A stretch of DNA of 64,000 bases. Origin: a virus (lineage: Duplodnaviria > Caudoviricetes). Below, piece by piece: positions 46,801 through 54,108 of the stretch. The first letter of the stretch is position 1. Each line of letters opens with the position of its first letter. The translations under genes were made by a program, and so were the position numbers. A model generated the notes under the pieces. That model was not told the DNA's origin and did no database searches. It saw nothing but the letters and a program-made list of their open reading frames with translations. The stretch lies in IMG/VR virus record IMGVR_UViG_3300026094_000002; one strand, written 5' to 3'.

Positions 46801-48859
46801 TGGAGAGATTGCAACAATCACTTTTGAGTCTGCACCTGATGCTGATTCTATCATAGTCATTGAGAGCACAGTCACCAGACCAACTTATAGTGACAGAATT
46901 CTTGATGTAAGTTATTCCAGTAACTTTACTGATACCTTTTTGGGTACTTTACCCGCTCCAGAATATAACGGATCTCCAGAAGATTCTCGATCATACGGCA
47001 TAGAGGTAGACGGTGGTAAGTTTATTGATACATATGCCAGTCATGCACCCGAGGAATTAGTTCCCGGATCAACATTTGATACATTAGACATTAGCGTATC
47101 TACGCGTGTTGGACTTGACACTTCTGGGAATGGACACGCTTGGCAAACTGACAGTCGCAATGTCACAGTAGAATCTGCATCATTGGGCAGAACATACGAT
47201 TTACCAAAACTTGCAACACCAACAACAGCGGTAATAGTAACAAACTTAACTTCTGGAGCAACTTTACCAACAGATTCATATAGTATTGATTGGGTTGATA
47301 ATACTATTACTCTAATTTCTGGCATAGGTACAGGAAATATAGTACGATTTGATATATTTGGATTAGGCGGCGGAAATCATCTTTATTCAAATGAATTTAC
47401 AAGTTCTCAGATTGTGGATGATAATATAGAAGTGCCAGTTGATATTGATGAAATTAATAAAATATTAATTTTAATTGATGGACAAGTATATGAAAACTTC
47501 ACGTTTAGTAAATCTGAAAATCAAACTAACATAGAGTTCTTATCAACTGTTAATAATAATTCATTGATATCAATTTTTGTTCTTGGTGAAACCAGTGAGC
47601 AATTTGATTATTCATATCCAATTCTTCAAGAATTTGAATACGATGGCAATGAACGACAGTTTGAGTTGGAAAATGATTTAGAATATTCAAACAAAAGTCA
47701 TGCCATTGTTGAAGTAAATGGATTCCGGTTACAACCACCAAATGGTATTCATCATGTAGCAGATGAGTCGACTCTAACATATAATGTTTCAAGAGAAGAC
47801 GATTCAATTGAACCAGATCAAATTGGAACAATTGATGTTACGGTATATATTAATGATGAAGAATTAGATCTTAACACTGATTTTGTTTTAAATCCAAGTG
47901 ATGGCAGTTCTATTAGAACAATAACTCTGTCATCACCTCCTGAAAATGGAGATCGTATTTCAATATATGTCCGCACGTTAAGTGAATATGTCATTTCAGC
48001 AGGACAACTTATAATACGCGACTCGGTTGAATTGAATTCTGGTGATGATGTAACAATTCGTACATGGAATGATACGAGAGAGCAAAGATTGCAGACAAAA
48101 GTATTCCAAGGACCAATCGGAACATTATCTACATCTATTGTGCCATTTGATGTACAAGGTTATGACTTGGATAGATATGATGAAGAAAGTGAAGCAGTCG
48201 AGTTTGCTACTGAGTATGCATTAGGAACGATAGGGGCAACAGAGAACAGAGTATGGGCAACATATAATGGACAAAGGCTGCTACCAAATGAAGACTTTGT
48301 TATTGAAACGCGAGATGGTGTAGATGTATTAATTGTAACAAGAAGAATTTCTGGTCCAGAAGATGTTGTTGTTCTAACAATATTTGGACGAGAAACTGTA
48401 CCACTGCCTCTTGATTTCAAAATATTTGATGATATGCGTGGTAATCGCTCAATTTATCGGATAATAAATGAAAGTTCAACAATACTAACAAAATCTTTGG
48501 CTTTTGGTGATGATGTTATATATGTTGATGATGTTAGCGTTTTGGAAGATCCAGAATTAGAACAAAATAGATTTGGTATTCTGTTTATAAACGGAGAACG
48601 TATAACATTCCGTGAGCGTGATATTACTAATAATACAGTTAGTGGGTTGAGACGCGGAACCGCAGGAACAGGCGTATTTAATCATCAAATTGGTGACACT
48701 GTTATTGATGCAAGTCGTGCAAATGAGGCAAAGGGTGCTATTTCTACCACTTGGTATGAGTTAGATCCAGAAAATACCGAGGTTGATGAATTTCGACTTA
48801 CAGGTGATTCATTGCAAGAATCTCAAAATTCAATAGCACGGTTCCTAAAGGGCGAATGA
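34871..48859 (+). CDS. Giant (4662-aa) baseplate-associated virion protein
   Basis: Single uninterrupted ORF after gp6 (gp7-like position), with FG-GAP-like propeller motifs, CBM5/12-like motifs and repeated GDGSTT modules. Confidence 0.8.
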   Translation: MAQLTRTIDLLPEIFRTEPNRKFLSSTLDQLTRNPEFERVQGFIGRVSTPGYNTSDNYVDELTAERTNYQLEPGVVFTDEDSSNAEDAITYPGMLDALSNNGADVSRHDRLFKAEYSAWDPFIDFDKFSNFNRYYWLPAGPDSVDVSATEIPFTDSFDVSRQESSYQLEGLAGNNPIITLVRGGSYTFELNQPGNPFWIQTEPGTSGTLDGATNRSSRNVLGVVNNGSDTGTITFNVPDRNEQSFFYNLQSVGTVDLITDIGFDEINNRYVDEFIDEYGGIDGVTDFNGKSVVITQPTDSNSWNQTTFFDPLEEATENNGEIGSFDTQSWDQTSPITNISETRSIWRISVIEGNDGRSYLSLTAVQEVPKLSKFTVEFGEQNANRSFYRDSGNEFEEIPLLSAIKDTLYYQDQNNPDLFGRILLVGQEQRGLLDVNDIIGRKEYTSPNGVEFTNGLKVQFRGLVVPESFADNQYYVEGVGTSIMLLPVEDFITPETYTDSEAIRFDQFPFDIGNFEESLNQPQQPDYLTINRASPDSNPWTRSNRWFHEDVIRETARYNNTNPAINNNQKARRPILEFRLGLRLFNFGTKNLDTVDVIDFSQTDAFTNVNGSGGYSIDGVSLLDGTRIIFANDNDRRVRDKIYEVSLRDPNDDGDQQVLLNEATSTIDIDDNIIVKSGARNQGKSFRYDGDSWVPAQQKESINQAPLFDVFDENGNSFGNQEIYPGSNFSGSKLFSYAVGTGPEDDILEFPLEFLTINNVGDIVFNNNFYTDTFTAVDGRTSKTVNVKSGYVREYDQTGDYQRRIGWQKAVAPAQQKQVFRYAYQTGRDLSLDIPVKQDTDIPAVKITADSEFVSPSQYEITVNSNNTLIKFLEQPEPGTIIEVRALSDKASSVGFYEIPANLERNSFNEESANVTLGTIRNHYQTLVQNIPELRGQINGSNNSRDLGNIVPFGTDIIQHSSSMLPTGGVLRSGRVEFFDALEFNARAYETYKTRIIDLVTRQDFGNAPARRILDQVVARISSEKSENSAFYWSDMLPSGLDFVDSETVVREVTGQDFDTVYSYDFNNANRQSLMVYLNDKILLKDDDYEVSTDSPSITIKQDLTVGDRVLIREYTKTNASFVPNTPTKIGLYPAYKPAKFVDDTFVEPVNVLRGHDGSITVAYDDIRDDVILEFESRVYNNLKVSSEIPINEADIIPGKFRKTDYDLETINNILSTEFLTWSGLNRLDYRNQTYIADNDFTYNYSTANDVVDGEALLGHWRGIYEYFYDTDSPHSRPWEMLGLTTKPTWWESTYGPAPYTENNLILWQDIADGKVRDPSGEYINESRVRRGLLDVIPVDGHGNLKSPLDNVVNNYNFQDFRKKWVFGDGAPVETAWRRSSTYPFVIQRLIALTRPAKYFATGIDRDRYQFNSEFEQYLFDSRSRLDITDLNSYGQGNPQNSYFNWVSDYEKQLGNVDQDCVNDCFSNIDVRLCYRLAGFSDKQYLRLFAENFTPDTQNSSLLVPQESYQLLLYQNEPDARISFSSVIVQVSDNGWTVWGNSSARPYFEITQSIPNGNFNTITVDDVSVRYARDFDNEITRVPYGYTFRSRDAVVDFLISYGRQLESRGMQFNTRSNGIGIDWGQIAREFLNWSQQGWGIGNIINLNPAAENILVNRAAGLLEDVSSDPRVLLNQNRNPIKSNNYNVDRSGDLTEISVLSEELIGLAELNFVNYEHLLILDNSSIFADLFYDPASGNRQNRLLLSGSKTTNWAGRPDAPGFLISDPDIPDWSPNNRYARGEIVRFKNQLWSAKELIEPSEEFDYNDWLPSDFDDTRQGLLPNIATKADDALDYYNKNSANLNKDSDLLGLGIIGFRPRDYLENLNLDDITQTNLYSNFIATKGTLPTTQLLSTADFAKERADYGVFENWAVKQGTYGANGNRSYFEISLNQEELQANPSTISIVENNDDVAADQAVRVERLYKESVRFSNSNILPELTRSRPDTDLPSAGFVNRDDVDFQVFSFEDIESEISFDEIGPGNTVWVAKDSEFDWNVYYVGKLNARIIQLDDNLNGQSRVTFSAFHGLVPGDKIIIKSFSTGINGYYEIEGVPTLETALISFSFSSNQTQETGNGIVLTFESARVEQPSDIANLSFSTSLRPGDRAWVNNSGDGTWQVLEKQEPFKSNTKLVPEIETDQYGTAIAQGFDNVGVLVGSPDGGIDNRGQVFAYILNRDGSYNSVAPLSLRTPEIKGYGRSIAAGNSNWAIVGAPDSDVNKGYAAAIFKESSADPTFQQTQLLLDPNSDEGDRFGDSVAISDDERWAYVASPGASRVYAYARVDRESQFVTHVGDGSTTEFSYDGEISIGPDNSGDELSVIVNNTVFSRTGGDYVVNTTENLISFAAAPSSGETIVIIRKEQISLTYNSIGNGVKTDFNIAVIGTPDPADLRVFVDNTEQTITTDYTIIGQTLSFNTAPDNDSTITVYNPSLDQLIGVNDYTDSFSVLRDGVILRAEVDYTFDSNTNTISFTNGDSDIIDSEILIRARSHFKHVNTIEIPEQTKSYISHDDTVITLDSISGIEPQMILIGTGFNSGQYVESIDIENNQVTLNESPDSTPSGNIQFKLENFGSSLDTTTDGRQVAIGCIGNEKTPGQTFVFDRTVERFEIDDKTQDVYTPRRDTSISNTSVVPVKINQRFLTPGEINSVPQFNLGKEYSVLSNAEVNVLDADFELGDILEIETAEFSKLQTLTAETPQSGSEFGFSLSQCPTNCSLYIGSPGDSRQVNNGGSAERFVNEPRIYGIATSSNSDAELTSGDTVRINNVDVEVSAIDSHVVAATYNSGDFRKSNGEVYRAVQDVPAGILLTNTDYWEESSWSEVFVKDINDANISNVKATLDTRGKIVISAVEPKAQTEFNKLQILPGIGTAFTDLGFDPIQRTQTILPPRIQTSARFGHVVQIDTEADNLVIGSPGARLVIPSTWQTESELEFDSGATTFFDSVSEAGTVYTFDFLPSSVSSPRNPGKFVFGQQVFVSEISTGDKFGTDVDYVNGRLLVGAPDRESGAVFAFNNLDLDPAWQPIHEQAVEVDSKLINTIYVYDADDRRVLRYLDWIDPLQGKILGAAKENIDFITPVDPAGYNQGNNISDFNVWRDEHVGQIWWDVTNYRLTEYHSDDITYSSRRWAQGVTGSQVDVYQWIESTVPPSQYQGPGTPKDNDSFTIIGGVVDNQIIANRYYFWVSNTDSVIESAGKTLGINAIQQYIESPRSSGISYIAPISRNTLGLFNCTDLINRADSILHVEFDQIETDNQVHVEYELIPENRADGFITGQLYRKLLDSLSGADTEGNLVPDVQLPPSELYGVDFRPRQSMFRDREAALQNYLSQVNNVLIEYPVVESRDFTILNSEDPIPEANSGEWNKKVETTLELEFQNLDIVPIGYRYLVLSDDSVDGLWSIYEVDENRSLNQIRIQTFDTKQYWNFVDWYANGYSDQTILDRTVKTKPDLFALDAIDGELVRVDNDGTGQWEIYVRENDSWNRVAAQSATIQIDLTIADNSAGRFGFDNEVFDAQFFDERPVRETRQIVEAINDDLLINDLGVERNRALILLFNYILSEQITPEWLEKTSLVDVDHTVRSLEPFRVYQQDNQTFVSDYINEVKPYHVKIRQFNLKYQGEELYRGDITDFDLPAEWNPENNQFISPVLDDTGRLSTTSSIDSESEEWNDGKYSEWFNNRFLEIESISVFSGGTGYSVPPEVIITGDAEVEAKARARLNVLGEVSSVEILESGSGYTTTPSINIVGGNGSGARVVPIMKTLGPRNGLITLKYDRYDYTPNVSDWQPNVFYAADDLVRYENEVYRVVETNDSSILFSGDEFVLENYERVSASELSGLDRTAGYYVPAPRTTGDDISLLVDGISYPGVQVSAPDFNQNTGYDISAFDVTPFDNIDVGPENDISVEYTADGSTTVYELGYPDDGLPTNIEEVSVFVDGVEQEQEDDFTFNPSIITGEIATITFESAPDADSIIVIESTVTRPTYSDRILDVSYSSNFTDTFLGTLPAPEYNGSPEDSRSYGIEVDGGKFIDTYASHAPEELVPGSTFDTLDISVSTRVGLDTSGNGHAWQTDSRNVTVESASLGRTYDLPKLATPTTAVIVTNLTSGATLPTDSYSIDWVDNTITLISGIGTGNIVRFDIFGLGGGNHLYSNEFTSSQIVDDNIEVPVDIDEINKILILIDGQVYENFTFSKSENQTNIEFLSTVNNNSLISIFVLGETSEQFDYSYPILQEFEYDGNERQFELENDLEYSNKSHAIVEVNGFRLQPPNGIHHVADESTLTYNVSREDDSIEPDQIGTIDVTVYINDEELDLNTDFVLNPSDGSSIRTITLSSPPENGDRISIYVRTLSEYVISAGQLIIRDSVELNSGDDVTIRTWNDTREQRLQTKVFQGPIGTLSTSIVPFDVQGYDLDRYDEESEAVEFATEYALGTIGATENRVWATYNGQRLLPNEDFVIETRDGVDVLIVTRRISGPEDVVVLTIFGRETVPLPLDFKIFDDMRGNRSIYRIINESSTILTKSLAFGDDVIYVDDVSVLEDPELEQNRFGILFINGERITFRERDITNNTVSGLRRGTAGTGVFNHQIGDTVIDASRANEAKGAISTTWYELDPENTEVDEFRLTGDSLQESQNSIARFLKGE

Positions 48860-48879
48860 TTTAAGGTAAATAACTACAT

Positions 48880-49002
48880 ATGGAAAAAGATAAACAAAAA
48901 AATGCGAATACAACCAATGAAGTTGGTTTAACGCGAGTAGAAGGATTTCTTCGTATATCCGACCCAAAAACGGGAAAAACTATCGTGGAGACAAGAGCAT
49001 GA
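48880..49002 (+). CDS. 40-aa protein below the ORF-track cutoff
   Basis: MEKDKQKNANTTNEVGLTRVEGFLRISDPKTGKTIVETRA*; TAAATA (48867-48872) upstream; its stop overlaps the next start (ATGA). Confidence 0.65.
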   Translation: MEKDKQKNANTTNEVGLTRVEGFLRISDPKTGKTIVETRA

Positions 49003-49601
49003 TCGCAGCACCCATTGAAGTCAAGGGATTTATTAAAATCACCGATCCTTCAACTCAAAAGACACTGCTTGATACTCATAATGCCATTCATTACGAAAAT
49101 ATGAGTGAAGCATTGGCAAACAGTCTTGCTAACAGAGATATTGGCGAAATTTATTCAATGAGTTTTGGGAACGGTGGCAGTGCTGTTGATCCAACAGGTG
49201 TTATTACATACCTACCACCAAACGTTACTGGACAAAATTCTGAATTATATAATGAAACTTTTTCAAAGGTTGTTGATGATAATTCAGCAGCAAACACAGA
49301 CCCAATTAGGAATAAATTAACGGTTTCACACATATCTGGAAATGTTTATTCGGATATTCTTGTAAGTTGCTTGTTGGATTTTGGTGAGCCGAATGGTCAG
49401 CAAGCATTTGATAACTCTACTGATTTAGAGGGAGATTTTGTATTTGATGAACTTGGATTAAAAAGTTGGAATGGTTCTTCTGATAATCTTAAGTTAATAA
49501 CGCATGCAATTTTTCATCCAGTTCAAAAGAGTTTAAACAGACAAATACAAATTGATTACACTATACGTATTCAAACACTTACTAACCTAAGTACATCATA
49601 A
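48999..49601 (+). CDS. Virion structural protein (tail region)
   Basis: 200 aa; NAIHYENMS, FGNGGS, LDFGEP and FVFDELGL motifs. Confidence 0.7.
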   Translation: MIAAPIEVKGFIKITDPSTQKTLLDTHNAIHYENMSEALANSLANRDIGEIYSMSFGNGGSAVDPTGVITYLPPNVTGQNSELYNETFSKVVDDNSAANTDPIRNKLTVSHISGNVYSDILVSCLLDFGEPNGQQAFDNSTDLEGDFVFDELGLKSWNGSSDNLKLITHAIFHPVQKSLNRQIQIDYTIRIQTLTNLSTS

Positions 49602-49661
49602 ATATATGCATATAACTAATGACTAAATACATTAAAGCTATAGCAAACGGAGTTTCTCAAC

Positions 49662-51098
49662 ATGGCGTATACTGTTAATAAAACAGATGGTAGCATTTTT
49701 GCAGTAGTTGCAGATGGTACCCTTAATACCGACAGCAATGTCACACTAGTCGGTAAAAACTTTGCTGGGTATGGCCAGTTTCTCAATGAGAACTTTATTC
49801 AATTACTTGAGAATGCTGCTAACAATTCAGAACCCAGTTCTCCACTAACAGGACAACTTTGGTATGATACCAGTGCTGGACTACTAAAAGTGTTCAGTGG
49901 GTCAGGTTTCAAAACAATAAGTGCCGCAACGGCTAGTAATGATGAACCAAGTAACAATGTTGTGGGCGATATTTGGTATGACACAACCAACGATCAACTA
50001 AATGTTTATAACGGTTCAGACTTTACCTTGGTTGGTCCACTTGGTGCTGGGCCCGGTGCTGGTGAAACTGGTGCAATTCCAACAACCATTGTTGATAACT
50101 TATCTGTAGAACATTTTGTTGTTCGTATTGTTGTAGATGACACCGTGTCAGCCATTGTCAGTAAAGATGCTCCGTTTACCCCGGCAAGTGCAATTACAGG
50201 ATTTTCATCAACTATTAAACCCGGCATTAATTTACCTGATACAGCAGTAAGCGGTCAAACGTTGCTTTTTCAAGGGACAGCCACAAATGCACAGACACTG
50301 GAAGGTGTTCCATCATCTGGCTTCTTGAGTTCAACTGATAATGACACCACTTCCGGGAGACTATCTATTCAAAACAATAGTGGTCTCGTTGTTGGTGAAG
50401 GAAGCGAGGGTTCATTTAACGTTGCGGGAACCAATATTAGAATTGACAACCGTGAAACAAATGGTGACTTGATTCTTCGTGTAAATGCCTCAGGAACTCA
50501 GACAGATGCCATTACAATAAACGGATCAACTGGAGATGTTGAATTTTCTAATGATGTTAGTGTTGATGGAGACATAGAAGCAACAAATATAGAAGCAACA
50601 AGTTCTGTTAGTCTACAAGAAATTATTAAAACAGGCACCGATGGAAGTGGCAATATTGGTTCTGAATCTAATTCTTTCAATGTGGTCCATGCTAAAGCAA
50701 CCAGTGCACAATATGCTGACTTGGCTGAAAGGTTTGCATCAGATGTTGTTTATGAGGCTGGCACTGTAGTTGAACTGGGCGGCACAGAAGAAATAACACA
50801 AGCATCTGAAGATTTAAGCGATAAAGTGTTTGGTGTCATAAGTACCAGAGCAGCTTATTTGATGAATGCTGGTGTTGGTGAAGACGAAACTCATCCACCA
50901 GTAGCAATGACTGGACGTGTTCCAGTTAAAACAATTGGAAAAGTAAAATTAGGAGACCGCTTGGTTTCTGCAGGTAATGGCATGGCCCGTGCTGCAAAAG
51001 AAGGAGAAGCCACCCCATTTAATACTATTGGACGGGCTCTTGAGACAAAAAATAATGATGAAATTGCTTCAGTAGAGGCAATTGTTAAAACGGTATAA
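49662..51098 (+). CDS. Tail fibre protein with C-terminal intramolecular-chaperone (peptidase G2-like) domain
   Basis: LVGKNFAGYGQFLNENFIQLLEN, GQLWYD repeats; C-terminal YADLAE...GTVV...VAMTGRVPVK...IGRALE from ~50712. Confidence 0.7.
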   Translation: MAYTVNKTDGSIFAVVADGTLNTDSNVTLVGKNFAGYGQFLNENFIQLLENAANNSEPSSPLTGQLWYDTSAGLLKVFSGSGFKTISAATASNDEPSNNVVGDIWYDTTNDQLNVYNGSDFTLVGPLGAGPGAGETGAIPTTIVDNLSVEHFVVRIVVDDTVSAIVSKDAPFTPASAITGFSSTIKPGINLPDTAVSGQTLLFQGTATNAQTLEGVPSSGFLSSTDNDTTSGRLSIQNNSGLVVGEGSEGSFNVAGTNIRIDNRETNGDLILRVNASGTQTDAITINGSTGDVEFSNDVSVDGDIEATNIEATSSVSLQEIIKTGTDGSGNIGSESNSFNVVHAKATSAQYADLAERFASDVVYEAGTVVELGGTEEITQASEDLSDKVFGVISTRAAYLMNAGVGEDETHPPVAMTGRVPVKTIGKVKLGDRLVSAGNGMARAAKEGEATPFNTIGRALETKNNDEIASVEAIVKTV

Positions 51099-51110
51099 TA
51101 GGATATATAA

Positions 51111-52100
51111 ATGGCATACTCTTCAGGATCAACAATACTAGACGACGATTACAATATTTTCGTAACAGGAAACGCCTCTGGAACAGGAGACGACAATACC
51201 CCCAACGTGAATACAGTGTGGGGGAATGGAACAGGAAACAAAGGCTATGGACAAAGCAGTACGCTTAGTTCAGTAAGTGTTGGAAACACTATTACTGCCA
51301 CCCAATGGTCTAGTCTTTTAAATAGAATTTCGTCTATGGCAAATCACCAAGGATCTTCAATAACGGCAATATCAAACCCAACAGTTGGTGACACGATTGA
51401 AGCCTATAACGATCTTAGTTCAAATATAGATACTATTTTTAATAATAGACTAAACGCAGCAGCAAACGGAAGCGATATTACATCTGGCGGAAGTGTGTCA
51501 GGAACTACATCTTGGTATACACAAGCAGAGACAACAACCACAGTTTCATTCGCGGATGCTGACTCTGCCCGGTACTTTTTTAACGCTGGCGGAATGATTC
51601 GTTTGGACGCAATTCGATCTGGGACAAACAACAGCAAAAGCACAGAATGGAACGACCTAGCATCGGATATTGGCACTATTGCATTTACAAATGGTTCAAC
51701 GGCAACTATTGCCGGTACTACGTATTCTGGTACTGACAAGATAGGTGGTTCGGGAACAGTATCATCAATATCTGATAATACTGGGTTTTATGATCTTTCT
51801 CCCGGTGGCTCAGCAGTATCTATTTTCAAACAGTTTGCCGATAGTTCACCATACACTGCAAACTTTATTGAAATTAGTGTATCTCTTAATTCTGCATCAG
51901 ATGCTCTAACATTTATAATGACATTTCGTGATGATGCGGCAGACACAAAACAAGATAATGTTGGTAACTCATTGGATTCTGACCAAGTTCAGGGCACAAC
52001 AGGTTCTAACACAGTTGTTCGTCCACCATCTACGACACATATTTCAAATACTTGGGGTACACCAACTATTAGTGGCTCTATCAGTTATATTACATCATAA
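51111..52100 (+). CDS. Tail-fibre-associated / short fibre protein
   Basis: 329-aa S/T/G-rich protein with ARYFFNAGG motif, directly after the fibre gene. Confidence 0.55.
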   Translation: MAYSSGSTILDDDYNIFVTGNASGTGDDNTPNVNTVWGNGTGNKGYGQSSTLSSVSVGNTITATQWSSLLNRISSMANHQGSSITAISNPTVGDTIEAYNDLSSNIDTIFNNRLNAAANGSDITSGGSVSGTTSWYTQAETTTTVSFADADSARYFFNAGGMIRLDAIRSGTNNSKSTEWNDLASDIGTIAFTNGSTATIAGTTYSGTDKIGGSGTVSSISDNTGFYDLSPGGSAVSIFKQFADSSPYTANFIEISVSLNSASDALTFIMTFRDDAADTKQDNVGNSLDSDQVQGTTGSNTVVRPPSTTHISNTWGTPTISGSISYITS

Positions 52101-52122
52101 TAGTAATTTAAAATACTGTATC

Positions 52123-52153
52123 AAAAACACCTGACATTGACGGGTGTTTTTTT
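52123..52153 (+). terminator. Rho-independent terminator ending the structural operon
   Basis: AAAAACACCTG-N7-CGGGTGTTTTT stem followed by T residues. Confidence 0.75.
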
Positions 52154-52185
52154 GTCTGTGAATAGTAAAAATACTAACTATTCCT

Positions 52186-52494
52186 ATGGATTCAGATATC
52201 ATTTATCAACACGCAAAGGCAAGATTTGACCATGCTCGGTCTCAACAAATCTTGCGTGAAAAATACCAAGCCAAATTACAATTCGCATATAATGGAGGAA
52301 TGTGGGAGGCTGGTCCTTTATTAATCAACACACTAAACTGCATGTTAGATTCAGAAACACTCGTAATTGAAGATTTATATAAAAATCCAGTTAAAGTTAA
52401 TACACAAGAACTTTTAGAAATTGCTAAAACCCACTGGCAAGAACAAATGAACGGTTGGTTGGTTGAATACGAAGAAAACAATAAAGAAAGATGA
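52186..52494 (+). CDS. Hypothetical protein
   Basis: 102 aa; first gene of the accessory island, ATGA-coupled to the next gene. Confidence 0.75.
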   Translation: MDSDIIYQHAKARFDHARSQQILREKYQAKLQFAYNGGMWEAGPLLINTLNCMLDSETLVIEDLYKNPVKVNTQELLEIAKTHWQEQMNGWLVEYEENNKER

Positions 52495-53294
52495 AAACTG
52501 GTGCTTTACTCTTTGCCTATAACACGGGTGATACTGATTATCTAAAAATGGCGGAGTTTTCTGCTAAAAATATAAAACGGTGGTTGAACATTCCTACTAC
52601 TGTCGTCACTGATGTTGAATACAAATCATCTACGTTTGATAATATTATTGTAAATGAAAACACAAAGTCTTCCAGAAGATATTTTGATGATAGAAACTCC
52701 GTAGTAGAATGGAGGAACTCAGGCCGTTCTCATGCATATGACTTAACTCCATACGATCAAACTTTATTGTTAGATGTTGATTACATAATTGCCAGCGAAC
52801 AATTACAAACAGTATTGAATAGTTCTTGTGATTTTGTTTGCCCCGATACTGCAATTGAAGTTTCAGGAACAAAAAGCAATAATCCAACATTTGGAAAATT
52901 TCATATGAGAATGTTTTGGGCAACTGTAATAATGTTTAGAAAAACAAAGCACAGCCAAATAATATTTGAACTTATAAAAATGATAGAAAATAATTTTGAT
53001 CATTATGCCAAACTATATGGATTCCCAGAAACACCTTTTAGAAATGATTACGCACTTAGTATTGCTTTGAGTATTGCATCAGGACATTTAGAAACAAAAA
53101 AACATGCAATACCATATCCTATGATTAATATTCATCCAGAACATAATGTTAAGATGATAGACACTGATTGTTTTGAAATAACTTATAAAAAAACAACAAA
53201 AAACCGCGAAAAACTTTTACGCAATAAAATTAAAAATCAAGATGTACATGTAATGGGCAAAACATCACTGGAGAAAATAGTTGAAACCAGTTGA
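52491..53294 (+). CDS. GT-A fold glycosyltransferase-like protein (GT8-like)
   Basis: TPYDQTLLLDVDY DxD motif and FRND. Confidence 0.6.
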   Translation: MKTGALLFAYNTGDTDYLKMAEFSAKNIKRWLNIPTTVVTDVEYKSSTFDNIIVNENTKSSRRYFDDRNSVVEWRNSGRSHAYDLTPYDQTLLLDVDYIIASEQLQTVLNSSCDFVCPDTAIEVSGTKSNNPTFGKFHMRMFWATVIMFRKTKHSQIIFELIKMIENNFDHYAKLYGFPETPFRNDYALSIALSIASGHLETKKHAIPYPMINIHPEHNVKMIDTDCFEITYKKTTKNREKLLRNKIKNQDVHVMGKTSLEKIVETS

Positions 53295-54108
53295 TGATAA
53301 AGGTTATTTAATCACCGCAATAAAGAGTGAAACAACTGATTATCTAACATGTGCCCGGGCATTGGCAAAAAGTATTCGGTATTGGCAACCGGAATCAAAA
53401 ATTTGTCTTCTTACAAATTACGAGCAAGTTGAGAACGATAGCGTATTTGATTATGTAAAAGCGTTTCGGTATTCAATTGACGAGACTAATCCATTTGCAA
53501 ATGATTGGCAAATTTTCTTCTGTAGTCCGTTTCACGAAACAATAAAATTAGAATCTGATATTGTTTTAACTGGTTCAATAGAGCATTGGTGGACACACTT
53601 AAGAAAACGCGATGTTGTTATATCACAAGGATGCAGGAACTTTTATGGACATTGGTCTAAAGAAAGGTTTTACCGCCGGTTATTTGATCAAAACAATTTG
53701 CCTGATGTGTATAATGCAATTACATACTGGAGAATGAGTAAGTTTTCTAAAGAATTCTTTGCTCAAGTCAGACATATTTTTGATAACTGGGATAGTTATT
53801 ACAAATTATTATCTGGAGTTGACAAAGACTTGGTTCCAGACACAGATCTTGTGTATTCAATTGCTGCTGTCATGGTTGGAGAAGAAAATGTAACACTGCC
53901 AAATGCAGAATATCCAAGTTTTGTTCATATGAAAGGAAAGCACAATAATTTCCCCGGTGAAGATTGGACTCGGCATTTGGTATGGGAGTTAGATGAAGGA
54001 CAATTGCGAATTAATACATTTTCTCAACAGCAGCCTGTTCATTATCATGAGAAAACATTCTCACATAAAATAGAGGAACACTATGACCAACTTTTGGCAA
54101 GGTCTTGA
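53281..54108 (+). CDS. Glycosyltransferase-like protein, paralog of the upstream gene
   Basis: SPFHETIKLESDI aligns with TPYDQTLLLDVDY; TTG start behind GGAG. Confidence 0.55.
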   Translation: MKPVDDKGYLITAIKSETTDYLTCARALAKSIRYWQPESKICLLTNYEQVENDSVFDYVKAFRYSIDETNPFANDWQIFFCSPFHETIKLESDIVLTGSIEHWWTHLRKRDVVISQGCRNFYGHWSKERFYRRLFDQNNLPDVYNAITYWRMSKFSKEFFAQVRHIFDNWDSYYKLLSGVDKDLVPDTDLVYSIAAVMVGEENVTLPNAEYPSFVHMKGKHNNFPGEDWTRHLVWELDEGQLRINTFSQQQPVHYHEKTFSHKIEEHYDQLLARS

